Notes: generated by a model not told the origin, from the sequence alone. A stretch of 64,000 nucleotides of DNA from Nitrospirota bacterium (GCA_963754875.1 CAVWHO010000020.1:352001-416000); one strand, 5' to 3'. Shown: positions 52,558 through 63,247, counted from the stretch's first letter. Translations and numbers: made by a program.

Positions 52558-55500
52558 TTAAGCACAACAATGTAATTCTTTTCCCAAAATTAAACTCGGC
52601 TGGACATTCATTGTCTTTATATACTCGTCATAAAACCCACTGAGGATTATTTCTGCATTCTGAGCAAGTCTCCAATAATTAGTTAAATGCTCCGATTGTT
52701 TTATGTACTTTAAATATATGAAACACATGTAAACCATAATATAATATGCTCCACCAGTAGGATCTGTCGGTATTGGCCATGGCGGTGGCGAGTGTTGTGC
52801 ATAAAACACTGAAGCATCATAAAAGGCAGCGCTCCACTTGACTTTTTGGAATAAATCAGCTAATTGTAAAGAATAATCTAAATATTTATCACTTACATTG
52901 CTATATAATGAGGCAAACAATACACCAATTGCTGAAATAAAGCTCGTGACAGCATCATCAAATGCTGCCGTAGTGGCAGCGATTTCGGGAGCAAATGCTC
53001 CCACAAGCATTCCGATCGCTATGGTCAGAGCGATAATGGCAAGAATCCACATAACAGTCCAGAAATAATACCAGAAGCAAGATCCATTTAATCCATTGCT
53101 GATCATATAAGCGCCTGCCCCGGTATTTGGGTCTATGATAATGTAACCACACCCGGTCCAGCCATTATAAGTGATGTTTGACTGTTGAACTGTAACAATT
53201 TTCCCGGTATTTACGGCATTTTGAATATCGGACTTTACATCTTCATTTACGCCCAGTAGCGGGAATATTGAATTTATATTCGACTGATTGATAACGTAAA
53301 TAGGAATACCCTGATCATTCGCAAGCCTAAGAGCTGTAACAGCTGAAACGCCTTGCACATCATTTGTGGGCGTGGAAAATAGCTGCTCCGGTACGTCATG
53401 CTCCAGCGCAGATGAGTTGGATCCTGATGAAAGCATATATTGTTTGACTTTATCGAGACCCCCATCTTTACTGAAAACCGCTTGCATAATTCTGTCTACA
53501 TCCATCACCATACCTTTAGGGCCGGCACTTATAGGGATACCGAAAGCGTCAGTCACATTGAGTGCCATAGAGAACATGCCAACAGAGGGTATGCGATACC
53601 GAACGATATTCGAGGTCCGGGCAGCAATCTCATCGGCCACATCTAGTTCGGCAAAATAACAGGCAATAACGGTGGAGAGGATGTCACCCATCAGATCGTC
53701 TTTAGTGATCCCGTCAAATGTTTGTGCCTCTAATTTAGTCTTTGTTGTTTCTAGTTTTGCTTTAAGAGCATTGAGTCGATCAGCACTAATCCGCCCTGTA
53801 TCCACACCAATTCCGTAATATTCTCCGGCTTTGATCACGTTGTTTATATTGCTTACACCAATGCCTGGTTCATTTAGCGATATCGTGAATGCTTGATCAC
53901 TACCCATTGTTCCAGGAACGCCAGTTGCCACAATCTGTCCTTCGATCCGGAGTTCGGGCTTAAAATTAATAAGATACGCGGGAAGGGATAATGGTAATTG
54001 GCTCGGGTCTATGGGCGTTCCATTAGGATTGGGGACAGGAAGAAGCGATTCTAGCACCGCCTCATCATTGTCCGTAGCTGGTGAGAATGAGAGTGTTATC
54101 TTCTTCCCTGCGATCTGTGCCATACTCGTTGTGTAGGACAGTCCTGCAGTTGCTCCAGTCGGATCGGGGATGGTGAATCTAATAGTCTCACGGAGATTAT
54201 CTGAAACTGCAGTAAATTCCGAACCAACTTGGACAGTTTTATAAGGAAGTGTTCCGAGGAGGATCGGGAAGTTCTGCTGAATAATCTGCTTCGTGCCGAT
54301 CACATCTCCAACAGTGGCGCTCGGATAGTTCTGCTGAATGTAGTCGTTAACACGGGTCTGGTAATCTTGCATGGTTTGCTGGACATACGCCGAGTTCAGA
54401 TTTGTGATCGAGCCGAATGTCGTATCAGTCGTTGCCGTAGACAAGAACTGATTCATAAAGGTTTGACCGTCGAAACTCACAGCTGATGCTATGTCGATTC
54501 CCTGCGTGTAATTGTACTGCTTGTAGCTCGCATCAAGCGGTATCCAGGCATTTCCCTGCCTCTGTACTGCGCCCCGGCTTGGGATGTAGTCGATATACGC
54601 CTTGACCCAGACGTGTTCGATCTGTTCGTATTGGATCGTACTGCCTGAAACGAGGGCTGTTGCTGGGACCCCGTTGGTGGCGAGAACAGTGCCTGCCATA
54701 TTCGGGTCTGTCACGCCTCCCACCCAGTTCATGGCTTTATCTATCGGCATTTGTATGGTTCCGTAGACGTAATGAGCGTATATCCCCGATACTCTGAGGA
54801 GAGCGATGAGCAGACTGGCTGTGTCCATGTCGTTGCATATCTTTGACTGGAGGCACTGGTCCGCGCCCTGGATTGAACCGTAGGTTGGCGCGTATTCTAT
54901 GTTGTTGCGGACCCAGTTGTAGATTTGTACGGGATTATTATTAAGCTGCGTCGCAAGATTAATAATATCTTGGGTGAACTGGATATCCGGAGTTTCAGCC
55001 AAGTCATCAGCGGAAGGTTGGCCCGTCATTTGTGCGAGAATGAATGGTGTTGAATCGACTAAGGCAAGTTGTGAAAGATCGTTGATTTCAGATTTCGGGA
55101 TGATACCACCCCTCATCTCACTCCTTTCCCCTGAGGGGCGAGGGATTGTAAAGGAAATGTCGCTTGCAGTTTGATTGAATGCCAGAAGAACAGGTTTATG
55201 CTGAGGTGTGGAGTCTATTGAGCGTGAAATCTGCATGTATCTGCGTAAATCTGCGGATAAAAAGTCTTGCGGGTTTGAAGCAGTCCTTAATGACTTCTGC
55301 TGCGGAAAATCCTTTTCAAAATCTTCTTTCTTCAGCCTCGGCGATCGTTTTTTCCCTTTTACCATCCTGTTCGGGAGGTTATTCGGATCAAGTGTCTTAT
55401 GCATCTTTGGCGGCTTTACTTTTTCGAGATGCAGCCTAACTTTTTCAATTTTGGCCTTGAGGTCTGATTTTGTCTTTGCCTGCTCGACATCGTCGAGGTT

Positions 55501-55935
55501 CGTCCTCAGCTCTTTCAGATTATCTTCATAGTGCTTTACGAATTTATAGTGCCGGGCGAGGATTTCATTCGGCAGATGCGCGTCTTTAAGCTTCTTTTCC
55601 GTTGCAGGAAATTCTTTTTTAAAATCGGTATCTAATGAATCTATCTCGGCTCTTTTAGCTCTTATCGCTACTATTTCCGCTGAAGCGTCTTCACCTTTAT
55701 TGGTTTTATCTCCTGCTTTTGCTGCTGTCTGACGGATATCTTCCAGCGCCTTCTCGAACCGCGCCTCTGGTCGCTCTTGACTTTTATCGGATGCCGCTGG
55801 ACTCTGCTTTATCGTCCCTTTGCCCTGCGGTGTCGCTGCATATGCGACCGCTGCATACAAAGGCAAGTACGTCCAACAGAAAAAGAAGAGCGTGATACCA
55901 GAAAATATTCTTAATGCCCGATAGAAAGCCCGCAT
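52558..55935 (-). CDS. Large exported transglutaminase-like protein with hydrophobic C-terminal region
   Basis: IYNWVRNNI, DTASLLIALLRVSGI, HVWVKAY, WIPLDAS; GYIIIDPNTGAGAYMISNGLNG before hydrophobic tail. Confidence 0.85.
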   Translation of the reverse strand: MRAFYRALRIFSGITLFFFCWTYLPLYAAVAYAATPQGKGTIKQSPAASDKSQERPEARFEKALEDIRQTAAKAGDKTNKGEDASAEIVAIRAKRAEIDSLDTDFKKEFPATEKKLKDAHLPNEILARHYKFVKHYEDNLKELRTNLDDVEQAKTKSDLKAKIEKVRLHLEKVKPPKMHKTLDPNNLPNRMVKGKKRSPRLKKEDFEKDFPQQKSLRTASNPQDFLSADLRRYMQISRSIDSTPQHKPVLLAFNQTASDISFTIPRPSGERSEMRGGIIPKSEINDLSQLALVDSTPFILAQMTGQPSADDLAETPDIQFTQDIINLATQLNNNPVQIYNWVRNNIEYAPTYGSIQGADQCLQSKICNDMDTASLLIALLRVSGIYAHYVYGTIQMPIDKAMNWVGGVTDPNMAGTVLATNGVPATALVSGSTIQYEQIEHVWVKAYIDYIPSRGAVQRQGNAWIPLDASYKQYNYTQGIDIASAVSFDGQTFMNQFLSTATTDTTFGSITNLNSAYVQQTMQDYQTRVNDYIQQNYPSATVGDVIGTKQIIQQNFPILLGTLPYKTVQVGSEFTAVSDNLRETIRFTIPDPTGATAGLSYTTSMAQIAGKKITLSFSPATDNDEAVLESLLPVPNPNGTPIDPSQLPLSLPAYLINFKPELRIEGQIVATGVPGTMGSDQAFTISLNEPGIGVSNINNVIKAGEYYGIGVDTGRISADRLNALKAKLETTKTKLEAQTFDGITKDDLMGDILSTVIACYFAELDVADEIAARTSNIVRYRIPSVGMFSMALNVTDAFGIPISAGPKGMVMDVDRIMQAVFSKDGGLDKVKQYMLSSGSNSSALEHDVPEQLFSTPTNDVQGVSAVTALRLANDQGIPIYVINQSNINSIFPLLGVNEDVKSDIQNAVNTGKIVTVQQSNITYNGWTGCGYIIIDPNTGAGAYMISNGLNGSCFWYYFWTVMWILAIIALTIAIGMLVGAFAPEIAATTAAFDDAVTSFISAIGVLFASLYSNVSDKYLDYSLQLADLFQKVKWSAAFYDASVFYAQHSPPPWPIPTDPTGGAYYIMVYMCFIYLKYIKQSEHLTNYWRLAQNAEIILSGFYDEYIKTMNVQPSLILGKELHCCA
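55110..55145. repeat. 36-bp palindromic element inside transglutaminase-like gene
   Basis: CCCTCATCTCACTCCTTTCCCCTGAGGGGCGAGGGA; 29/36 identical to 28199-28234. Confidence 0.7.
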
Positions 55936-56253
55936 AGATCGATCTCCCGTACGTATTCAGATTTTCAAGCTAATAATAAGAAGTGAGTTAAGGCAAGATA
56001 ATTCGGAAATACATGCTACTTTTGTAGCATAAATTTGCAGATCAAGTCAATGACCCAAATAGGGTATTTTCGGGCGATGTAATTTGAAACAACGATCTTC
56101 TAAAGCAGAAACTTTGCCTTCATGTGTATTCTGGTGAATTCAGGCAGGCATTCGGTTTCGTTTCGGGCACGCATTCCGATTCAATTCGGGCACTCTCCAA
56201 CGGGATAACCGATTGCTGGGTTAAAGCTACTATCTCATAGGGATTTTGACTTG

Positions 56254-56994
56254 TCAACGATTGATCTTTGATTTGCTCTTTCTCATTGATTCTCCTTTCA
56301 GGTCTATTTTGTAGGCGTTATGCACCAGACGGTCCATGATAGCGTCAGCCAAGGTCGGGTCGGCCAGGATATCATGCCAGTGCTTAACCGGCATTTGGGT
56401 AGTTATGAGGGTCGACCGGCGATCATAACGGTCCTCGATGATTTCCAGAAGATCTCTTTGCTGTTCCGTCGTGAGCGGAGCAAGTCCGAAGTCGTCGAGG
56501 ACAAGCAGGTCTGCCTTGAGAAGTGACTTCATCAGTTTCCGATACCGTCCGTCGTGATGCGATAGGGCCAGATCTTCAAGAAGCCTCGGCAGCCTCTGAT
56601 ACACGACGGCATGACCATCACGGCAGGCTTTGTGGGACAGGGCGCAGGCAAGATAGCTCTTTCCCACGCCGGTCGGGCCGATGATAAGCAGATTGTGATG
56701 CTCGATAATCCACTGGTTCGACGCAAGCGACAGAATGAGCGATTTGTCCAGCCCTCGGGGCTGACGGAAGTCGATGTCTTCGATAGATGCTGAGATTCTC
56801 AGTTTTGCAGCTCGTAAGCGCGTAACAAGCCGTCTGTTCTCTCGTTCTGTCAGTTCTCGGTCAATAAGGAGCCCAAGCCGCTCCTCAAAGCTTAGTGAAG
56901 TCGCTTTTTGATTCTGCAGTTGTTCACGCAGGGCTTTTGCCATGCCAAAAAGACGGAGTTGTTCGATCTTGTCGAGTGTGGGATGCGCTAACAT
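56254..56994 (-). CDS. istB: IS21 helper ATPase
   Basis: GPTGVGKS, LLVLDDFG, AIMDRLVHNA, GESMR. Confidence 0.96.
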   Translation of the reverse strand: MLAHPTLDKIEQLRLFGMAKALREQLQNQKATSLSFEERLGLLIDRELTERENRRLVTRLRAAKLRISASIEDIDFRQPRGLDKSLILSLASNQWIIEHHNLLIIGPTGVGKSYLACALSHKACRDGHAVVYQRLPRLLEDLALSHHDGRYRKLMKSLLKADLLVLDDFGLAPLTTEQQRDLLEIIEDRYDRRSTLITTQMPVKHWHDILADPTLADAIMDRLVHNAYKIDLKGESMRKSKSKINR

Positions 56995-57012
56995 AATAGT
57001 CTCCTTTTGCAG

Positions 57013-58554
57013 TTAGTTATAGTATTCGCTGCCACGGATGTTGCTGTGAGTGATCGCCTGTGATGCGGCTTTTGGCTCTGGTAACGGTTTTTTGTCTAAA
57101 TTTGTTTCAAGGATGGACTTGACGCTTCCGAAACTGATGCCCCCGATGGCGAGTGCTCGCTTGCAGGCAGCCTCGACGCGTTCTTTGCCAAACTTCTTGG
57201 AAAGAGTGATGATCCCCATACAGGAACGAAAGCCTTGTTGTGGGTGAAGCTTCTTTGCGAGAATGGCCGTAACCAGCTCTGCCGTTGATTTGCCGGTTTC
57301 CGATGCCCAGCGTATCAGGCGCTCTGGGGTCCAGTCAGCATAGTCCCGATGGGACTTCGGCATGTGCTCGGCAAGTGTCGTATGTCTTCCCTTGGCATAG
57401 GACCGGATATGTGAGGCGATGCGTTTGTTGTGAAAGAAGACTTCTACAATCGATTCCGTTAGCCGTACGTCCAGGTATTCATTGCGGAGTTGGTAGGGTA
57501 CGCTGTAATAGTGGTCATTGACTTCGACGTGGTAATCGATGCCGGAACGTTTTTTTATCTTCCATTCTGCGTACTCGAAGGCCACAGCAGGCAGCGGTTG
57601 TAATGCAGGCTTATCGATCTCCAGAAAACGGCTCATACGGCTGCCGGAGAGCTTCTTGAAGGGCCGGTTATTGAGTCTATCCAGCAGTTCCCGGATAGCG
57701 GCATTGAGTTCTGCGAGGCTGAAGAAGGTACGGTTCCTGAGGGCTGCCAGGATCCAACGCTGCACCAGAAGGACTCCGGCTTCAACTTTCGCTTTGTCTT
57801 TAGGCTTCCTGACGCGGGCAGGAATGACCGCAGCACCGTAATGAACTGCAAGCTCTTGATAGGTGCGATTGACGCCTGGCTCATAGCGACAGACCTTGGT
57901 GATGCCGGAGAGAAGATTATCAGGGATCAGGATCTCGGGCACACCGTCGATGAACTTAAGGGTCCGGACATGGGAACCGATCCAGTCTGGCAGACCCTGC
58001 GTAAACGTTGCTTCGGCATATGTAAAGTTGCTGGCGCCTAGGACGGCGACGAAGATCTGACAGTTGTGTACCTCTCCGGTGGATTTGTCGATTACCGAGA
58101 CTGTTTGGCCACAGTAATCAACAAACAGCTTTTCTCCTGCAAGATGAACCTGTCGCATGGAGATATCGAGCTTTTTTGCATAGGCGCGATAGAGGTCACA
58201 AAAATGTGCGTACTGATATCCTTCAGGATATTGCGCTTTGTACTCGTCCCACAGGAGCATCAGGGTAACACTTTTACGCGCAAGCTCGCGGTGAACATCC
58301 TCCCATACAGGGAGCGGACGTGGAGATGTGGAGACAATGACCGGCGGGTAGAGAAGATGCTCGAGGGCGGTATCGTCCAGGTCTGCCGGCAGGGGCCATG
58401 ATAGCCCGGCCTGTCTGGCTCGTTTCGTATACTCGTCAACGGTGCTTCTGGCTATTCCACAGCTTTTGGATATAGCGCGGCGGTCTAGGCCGCAGGACCA
58501 TTTGAGGCGTAAAACTTCTTTAATTGTTCGCACGGGTATTCTTTCTCTCGTCAT
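57013..58554 (-). CDS. istA: IS21 DDE transposase
   Basis: N-terminal HTH, FVDYCG, PDNL, KPKDKAKVE, YYSVPY. Confidence 0.96.
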   Translation of the reverse strand: MTRERIPVRTIKEVLRLKWSCGLDRRAISKSCGIARSTVDEYTKRARQAGLSWPLPADLDDTALEHLLYPPVIVSTSPRPLPVWEDVHRELARKSVTLMLLWDEYKAQYPEGYQYAHFCDLYRAYAKKLDISMRQVHLAGEKLFVDYCGQTVSVIDKSTGEVHNCQIFVAVLGASNFTYAEATFTQGLPDWIGSHVRTLKFIDGVPEILIPDNLLSGITKVCRYEPGVNRTYQELAVHYGAAVIPARVRKPKDKAKVEAGVLLVQRWILAALRNRTFFSLAELNAAIRELLDRLNNRPFKKLSGSRMSRFLEIDKPALQPLPAVAFEYAEWKIKKRSGIDYHVEVNDHYYSVPYQLRNEYLDVRLTESIVEVFFHNKRIASHIRSYAKGRHTTLAEHMPKSHRDYADWTPERLIRWASETGKSTAELVTAILAKKLHPQQGFRSCMGIITLSKKFGKERVEAACKRALAIGGISFGSVKSILETNLDKKPLPEPKAASQAITHSNIRGSEYYN

Positions 58555-59269
58555 CCAGCTCTCCTTAGAAGCGAATTTTAAGGAGCAGGATATACGAATT
58601 TGTAGAATTTACCCAGCGTCGTTTAATGCGTTAGAGGGTGCCTGAATTGGAGCGGAACACCGGCCCGAATTGCAGTGGAATGGGTGCCTGAATTGGAGCA
58701 GAACAGGTGCCTGAATTGCAGTGGAATGGCTGCCTGAATTGGAGCAGAATACTCAGCCTTCAGTCTCATTCTTATAGACTGTAATTTCACCCAACATGAT
58801 GGTCGCGGCACCATAGCATTGTCGGATGAGGTCGTCAATCAGGGAAACCCTATTTTTGGCTTCGATTTTCCTGATGTTATAAAATGGAAACGCGACAAGG
58901 GGAGAACAACGCAGTCAATCTGAAAAAAATGGAGATGCCTGTATCTGTATGTAGAAGTAGTGGACGTTATGATGTTCTCAAGCCTCAAAATAAGAGATTT
59001 CGAGTAGCAAATTCGACATGAAGTAGTGAAAAATTGACTGGCGACAAAATCACACCTTCAGGAAGATATTTGGACTGTAATTTTCAATCAGAATATTTCA
59101 GCTTTCTCTTCTCAGGCCGGCGTCGAAGCCACCTATTATTGTGCAATTTTAGCAAAGAAAATTATCATCAACTACCGCATGTAACTTACACATGAACGCT
59201 GCCTAAAGGTACGGCGTGGTTGGGATCAGCGGAAGGTCATCGTGCCGGCAATTCTGTGGATGAAAATTG

Positions 59270-60670
59270 CTACTTGTAATATTCCGGATATATCATTTTC
59301 GCGCATTGCGGGCAGATACTGTGGCTGAATTCTGCCAGTGAATGCCTGCTCAGATATGCTTCGATCTGGTTCCAATATCCGTTGTCGTCGCGTATTTTCT
59401 TGCAGGACGCGCAAATCGGGATGAACCCGCGCAACGTCTTTATGTTGTCAAGAGCTTCCTGAAGTTCAGAAACGAGCTTTATCCGCTCTTCCTCCATCTT
59501 CTTTCGCTCCGTGATCTCGCCGGTCAGCTTATCATTCGCCATCATCAGCGCCGCAGTGCGTTCCTGGACCCGCAACTCCAGTTCGTCCCTCGACCTTCTG
59601 AGCTCGATCTCCGCCTGTCTGAGAGCGGTTATATCCCGCACGATGTACACATTGGCGAGCAGCCGGCCGTTTGCATCCTTCATAACGGATGCTGACAGGT
59701 TGAGAACCTGCTTGCGGCCGTCCGGATGGTCATAGGAAAGATCGAGCTGTTGCGCCTGCTTTCTGCCGGCCGCTACAGCGGTCTGATCTAAGGATACAAC
59801 GTCGTTAAAAAACGCAGAAATATGCTTCCCCACGAGATCCGGGGTCGAATGACCGAGCACCTGGGTCGTGGGATTGTTCACAAGCCGGATAATGCCTTCC
59901 GCATCGAGAACCAGTAACGCATCGTTCATGGTGTCGATGATGTTCTGAGCGGCGAATCGCGGAGAGATGTCCACTAATCGGTAACGGCTGATGGTCGTCT
60001 CAAGTATCCAAAGGGCGATAAAGATCGCAAAAAAGCCGAAGGGAAAGATTGGAACGCCAAGTCCTGGAAGATAGTCGACAAGACCTAAAGAGCCGATGCC
60101 GAACGCGATAAAGTACGCTTTGATGCGATGGTATTGGACGCTGTTCGGTGCAGCCTGTTTCTGGCCGAGCCAGAAGTGACGCAGGCCGAGGCCATAGAAC
60201 GTCAGCATATATATGATGAGCAGCGTGTTCTGTGGCGCCATTGCTCCCTGGTAACCCCAGGTGTAGTGAATGACGCCTTTCACGATAAGGTCCGTATTGA
60301 TCGCGATGATCGAGAAAAGCGTCGACAGGATCCACCCCGTCCAAATGGTGGTTCGGTGCTTTTTGTCGACCCTGAGTGCCACGACAGCAAAATGGTAGAT
60401 CCCCGCTGGGATGAACGAGATGCCGATATTGGACGTTTTTGCCCACCATATCGACACTGCTTCTTGGTTAGAACTATAGGTAAAAAAATTAGAAACAAGC
60501 CAAATAGTAATGACGATGCCGAGGAAGGCCAGTGCGTCGGCGGCGAGGCTGAACTTTTCCAGGATCAGATGCCGTAGAGAAATGATCAGCGCCGTGACCG
60601 CGATGAGGAGCGTGGGTATGGCGTAGGGATTGAAAAAGTAGTTTGTGGACTCAAAAATCTGGTTTGACAT
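59270..60670 (-). CDS. 7TM-PAS sensor with C-terminal Cys/His zinc-binding tail, no kinase domain
   Basis: Seven TM segments, PAS ending RDIT, coiled coil, IPICASCKKIRDD...SHSICPQC. Confidence 0.85.
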   Translation of the reverse strand: MSNQIFESTNYFFNPYAIPTLLIAVTALIISLRHLILEKFSLAADALAFLGIVITIWLVSNFFTYSSNQEAVSIWWAKTSNIGISFIPAGIYHFAVVALRVDKKHRTTIWTGWILSTLFSIIAINTDLIVKGVIHYTWGYQGAMAPQNTLLIIYMLTFYGLGLRHFWLGQKQAAPNSVQYHRIKAYFIAFGIGSLGLVDYLPGLGVPIFPFGFFAIFIALWILETTISRYRLVDISPRFAAQNIIDTMNDALLVLDAEGIIRLVNNPTTQVLGHSTPDLVGKHISAFFNDVVSLDQTAVAAGRKQAQQLDLSYDHPDGRKQVLNLSASVMKDANGRLLANVYIVRDITALRQAEIELRRSRDELELRVQERTAALMMANDKLTGEITERKKMEEERIKLVSELQEALDNIKTLRGFIPICASCKKIRDDNGYWNQIEAYLSRHSLAEFSHSICPQCAKMIYPEYYK

Positions 60671-61007
60671 GGGCTGTAACCCTGCCGTTTGAATAGTTTT
60701 GAATGAATTCTATGCTTATCCTAAATGTTTGTCAACATGATGAGAGTTTTTTGATGAGAGTTTTTTATGAAAGGAGCTGGCGGAACATAGTGTTTAAAGC
60801 ACGGTGCAATATTACGATAGTAATCGATCACAACGCTTTCCTTTTCATGACCTCTGCACGCAAGCCTGCTGGGATAGGACGGCAGCCACATTTCTTATCA
60901 TGCGCCACGTGCCAGCTTATTCTTTCGTTGGATGTAAATCGATACTCGATTTGCCAAACGCTTGAGTCGTATCGGTCATTTCCCCTCCGTTAGTTAGACA
61001 ATTTTCG

Positions 61008-61808
61008 TCACTTGCCTTTATGGTGGAATGCATTCAGTCTTGCTCTTACTTCGCCGAAATCGCCCACGTTCGAATAAGCATTGATCGTTTCGAGCTTCAA
61101 AGCATCATCCAGGGTGCGGCCCACCACCTCAAGGATGGTCTCTTTTGCTGAACGAACAGCCTGCTGGCTGTTCTTCAATATCATGTTTGCATATGCTTCA
61201 GCCGTCGTAATAAGTTCATTCTGGGGGACAACTCGATTTACCAAGCCGAGCTGGTGCGCCTCGGTTGCCGTTATTGCACGTCCCGTCATTGCCAAATCCA
61301 AAGCCACGGCAAGTCCCGCGATGGCGACAAGGCGTACGATGCCTCCGTCGCCTGAATGCAACCCCTGGCGCACTTCAAAGGAGCCGAATTGAGCGGTTTC
61401 GGAGGCTATGCGGATATCGCACGCGAGCGCCAGTTCAAAACCGCCGCCAATTGCGTGGCCGTTTATCGCCGCTATAATCGGTTTGTAAATCCGATACTGA
61501 CCCCTGGTTATGCCGCCTCCAATGCCTTTTTTTACATTCTTGCGAATATCGAGCATGGTCGCGTGTTCCCACTTCGGTATCCATGTCTTAAGGTCTGCCC
61601 CTGCGCAAAATGTCCTACCGGCCCCAGTGAGTATCGCTATGTCGACAGAATCGTCTGCGCTGAAGTCCGACCACACTTGCCAGAGGGCATTGTTAAGGTC
61701 GTCGTCCAGTGCATTCAAGACGTCGGGACGGTTCAGGGTAACATAGCCGATCCGGTTCTTCTTCTCATACATGACCTTGTTCATTGCATCCTCCCTGTTT
61801 CCATACAT
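61008..61808 (-). CDS. Enoyl-CoA hydratase/isomerase family protein
   Basis: TLNRPDVLNAL, FCAGADL, KPIIAAINGHAIGGGFELALACD; likely start at MNKV. Confidence 0.93.
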   Translation of the reverse strand: MYGNREDAMNKVMYEKKNRIGYVTLNRPDVLNALDDDLNNALWQVWSDFSADDSVDIAILTGAGRTFCAGADLKTWIPKWEHATMLDIRKNVKKGIGGGITRGQYRIYKPIIAAINGHAIGGGFELALACDIRIASETAQFGSFEVRQGLHSGDGGIVRLVAIAGLAVALDLAMTGRAITATEAHQLGLVNRVVPQNELITTAEAYANMILKNSQQAVRSAKETILEVVGRTLDDALKLETINAYSNVGDFGEVRARLNAFHHKGK

Positions 61809-62040
61809 GTCAGCGTGATGCTATCCGCCTGGATGTTCACCATGAATTCTCGACACGTAGCAGGTCTGGTTGAACACAGGGATATCCAATCTATTTCGGA
61901 ATAAAGTGACCGGCTTCGCTCGAACGAAGGATTACCCCAACTGCGGCCCTTTGCCGACCACCATCCTGCCGTTGTAATATCTTTGTTTGATTTCTTGTTC
62001 TTTTTCCAGATATTAGGCAATCCCGTGCTGTTTGAGGGTA

Positions 62041-63247
62041 GTGTAGTGTCTCTCAATTAACTGGTGTTATGTCATGATTTGTGATAGGATGCTGTTCATG
62101 GCACGACACGCTTTAACCATAAACCTTACTGAGTCTGATCGACAAGAACTAGAGCAATGGGTGCGGGCTCATCGCACCCCGCAACAAGTTGCTCAACGGT
62201 GTCGAATTATTCTAGCCGCTGCGAATGGCCAACAAGACAAGGCCATCGCAAAGCAAATGCAAATCAATTATAAAACGGCTGCATTATGGAGGCAGCGGTT
62301 CTGTAGTGAAGGTCCGGACTGCCTTTGGGAAGTTGCGGCAGGTCGCGGACGTAAACCAGAGTTAACGGCAACCAAAATTAATAAAATAATTAATGCCACA
62401 CTGCAAACGAAGCCTGCTGGAGCCACCCATTGGAGTTGCCGAACGATGGCTGAACAGCAGGGCGTGAGCAAAGCAACGATCAATAGGATCTGGCAAAGTC
62501 ATCATATTCAGCCGCACAGAACCACGGGATTTAAGTTGTCACGCGATCCACGGTTCTTGGAAAAGCTTACCGATGTCGTCGGGCTCTATCTCAATCCTCC
62601 AGAAAAAGCATTAGTGCTGTGTGTGGATGAGAAAAGCCAGATTCAAGCGTTAGATCGTACACAACCGGGACTTCCTTTAAAAAAAGGGCGTTGCGGTACC
62701 ATGACTCATGACTATAAGCGTAACGGCACGACAACCCTTTTTGCTGCGCTCGAATTGGCGCAAGGTAAAGTGATCGGTCAATGTTATGCTCGGCATCGCC
62801 ATCAGGAATTTCTCAAGTTTTTAAAGCAACTGGATGCTGAATTCCCGGTCGAAAAGCAGCTGCACATAGTGATGGATAACTATGGCACGCATAAGCACCC
62901 CAAAGTCCAGAGATGGTTAACACGGCATCCACGTTTTGTTTCCCACTTCGTCCCGACCAGTTCAAGCTGGTTGAACCTTGTTGAGCGTTGGTTCGGAGAA
63001 CTGACGGGAAAACGAATACGTCGCGGAGTCTTTGTCAGCGTGGACGCGCTCAAGAGCGCTATCGAAGAGTATTTGGCTGCTTGGAACAAAGACCCAAAAC
63101 CGTTTGTATGGACCGCAACCGTTGAATCGATCGTTAAGAAACTTGGACGCTGCAAACAAACATTGGAGAAAATTCAGCCAGGCTGCACATTACCTCGCTC
63201 TCGCAAGAAAAAGGCTGATAACACCAGTCGTTTGTGAGACACTACAG
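62041..63247 (+). mobile_element. Complete IS630-family element
   Basis: IRs GTGTAGTGTCTC / CTGTAGTGTCTC, TA duplicated at 62039-62040 and 63248-63249. Confidence 0.92.
62098..63237 (+). CDS. IS630 transposase
   Basis: THWSCR, VDEKSQIQAL, DNYGTHK, SWLNLVERWF. Confidence 0.96.
   Translation: MARHALTINLTESDRQELEQWVRAHRTPQQVAQRCRIILAAANGQQDKAIAKQMQINYKTAALWRQRFCSEGPDCLWEVAAGRGRKPELTATKINKIINATLQTKPAGATHWSCRTMAEQQGVSKATINRIWQSHHIQPHRTTGFKLSRDPRFLEKLTDVVGLYLNPPEKALVLCVDEKSQIQALDRTQPGLPLKKGRCGTMTHDYKRNGTTTLFAALELAQGKVIGQCYARHRHQEFLKFLKQLDAEFPVEKQLHIVMDNYGTHKHPKVQRWLTRHPRFVSHFVPTSSSWLNLVERWFGELTGKRIRRGVFVSVDALKSAIEEYLAAWNKDPKPFVWTATVESIVKKLGRCKQTLEKIQPGCTLPRSRKKKADNTSRL

Larger units (their letters stand above)
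56123..58755 (-). mobile_element. Complete IS21-family element
   Basis: TG...CA ends, IRs TGTGTATTCTG/TGAGTATTCTG, internal ~22-bp repeats, 7-bp duplication GCCTTCA at 56116-56122 and 58756-58762. Confidence 0.96.

Noticed and set aside
58638..58755. Five ~22-bp tandem repeats that look CRISPR-like
   Set aside because: No unique spacers; they are the internal transposase-binding repeats of the IS21 end
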